DNA of 59,841 nt, counting the filler, from Catajapyx aquilonaris (Eukaryota): assembly GCA_000934665.2 (NCBI GenBank). It is 2 parts of 2 records of this genome, joined end to end, with 100 filler letters (N's around TTAATTAATTAA, not from the genome) between each part and the next. Parts side by side here need not be neighbours in the genome. Positions count along the whole stretch, not along the records: positions 29,974 to 59,841 come from KZ539203.1; 1 more part is not named here. One strand, given 5' to 3'. The notes under the pieces are model-generated. The model was not told where the DNA came from. It saw only the letters and a list, made by a program, of their open reading frames with translations, and made no database searches. The translations under genes and the position numbers were made by a program. Positions 59,292 through 59,841 of the stretch are shown in pieces (position 1 is the first letter of the stretch; each line of letters begins with the position of its first letter).

Positions 59292-59586
59292 AATAATTAT
59301 TAATAATTAATTCATACCCCGTTATCAGCCATCGGCTCTTTAGGGGGGAAGTTTGTTTTGCCTGGAACTCTTTGCTTTTCATTTTACTGCGCTCTTTGGG
59401 ATAGGATAGGGAGGGAAGGAAGCGGCTGTGGCCTATTAATTACGGAAGCTACTCCGGAATTTTCCTGGAAGGACCGTGGGAAACCACAGAAAACCACGGT
59501 CAGAGTTGCCGGCCCCGGGATTTGATCTCAGGACCTCCCGATTAACAGTCGGACACCATATCCCCTCCTCCAAACTGCTTCGGTGT
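59292..59586 (-). mobile_element. tRNA-derived SINE, family 1, inserted in the second copy of the 38130 foldback
   Basis: Very similar to 35331-35615. TSD CACTTGCA(A/C)GTATT. Both flanks match parts of 38300-38700. Confidence 0.88.
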
Positions 59587-59841
59587 CACTTGCACGTATT
59601 GCTAAAGCGGTGCCATTAGAAGAACTACAATTATTGCAACAGATTGGTCATTATCATTTCTCCGATACCGATCTTTCGATGGTCACATGATAAAAATTGA
59701 CAAAATACTTATTTAAATATGACAATTACTTTGATACAATCATGATATGAGGAGCTTGCCAGCAAAACCAGTTCAATCCACTCCGGGTCGAAAATAATCT
59801 GGACACGCTGGAGGCATGTTCCAGGCAATGCCTTTCTATTG

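Overview
AT-rich, repeat-dense animal (probably arthropod) genomic scaffold with two assembly gaps. The first ~28 kb is a + strand tandem array of TRPA-family ankyrin/6-TM cation channel genes most like insect Painless. It holds the 3' end of one paralog (1-310), two uninterrupted ORFs (7687-11526, 1279 aa; 22052-25141, 1029 aa), a frameshifted S5-to-C-terminus pseudogene (~25350-26325) and a short TM fragment (~26930). The paralogs share small candidate non-coding 5' exons. They differ sharply in the predicted selectivity filter, TRP box, ankyrin number and C-terminal coiled coil. A decayed but end-to-end delimited Helitron (13259-17370, Rep + Pif1 helicase) separates the two ORFs, and its helicase is interrupted by a MITE with a 3-bp TSD. 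The rest of the window is mostly nested non-autonomous elements (Tc1/mariner-, hAT-, P/Galileo-, Kolobok-, piggyBac-, Harbinger-, CACTA-, Helitron- and Helentron-type), at least nine tRNA-derived SINEs and microsatellites. No other host gene could be supported. All family assignments come from recalled motifs and TIR/TSD signatures, not from database searches.
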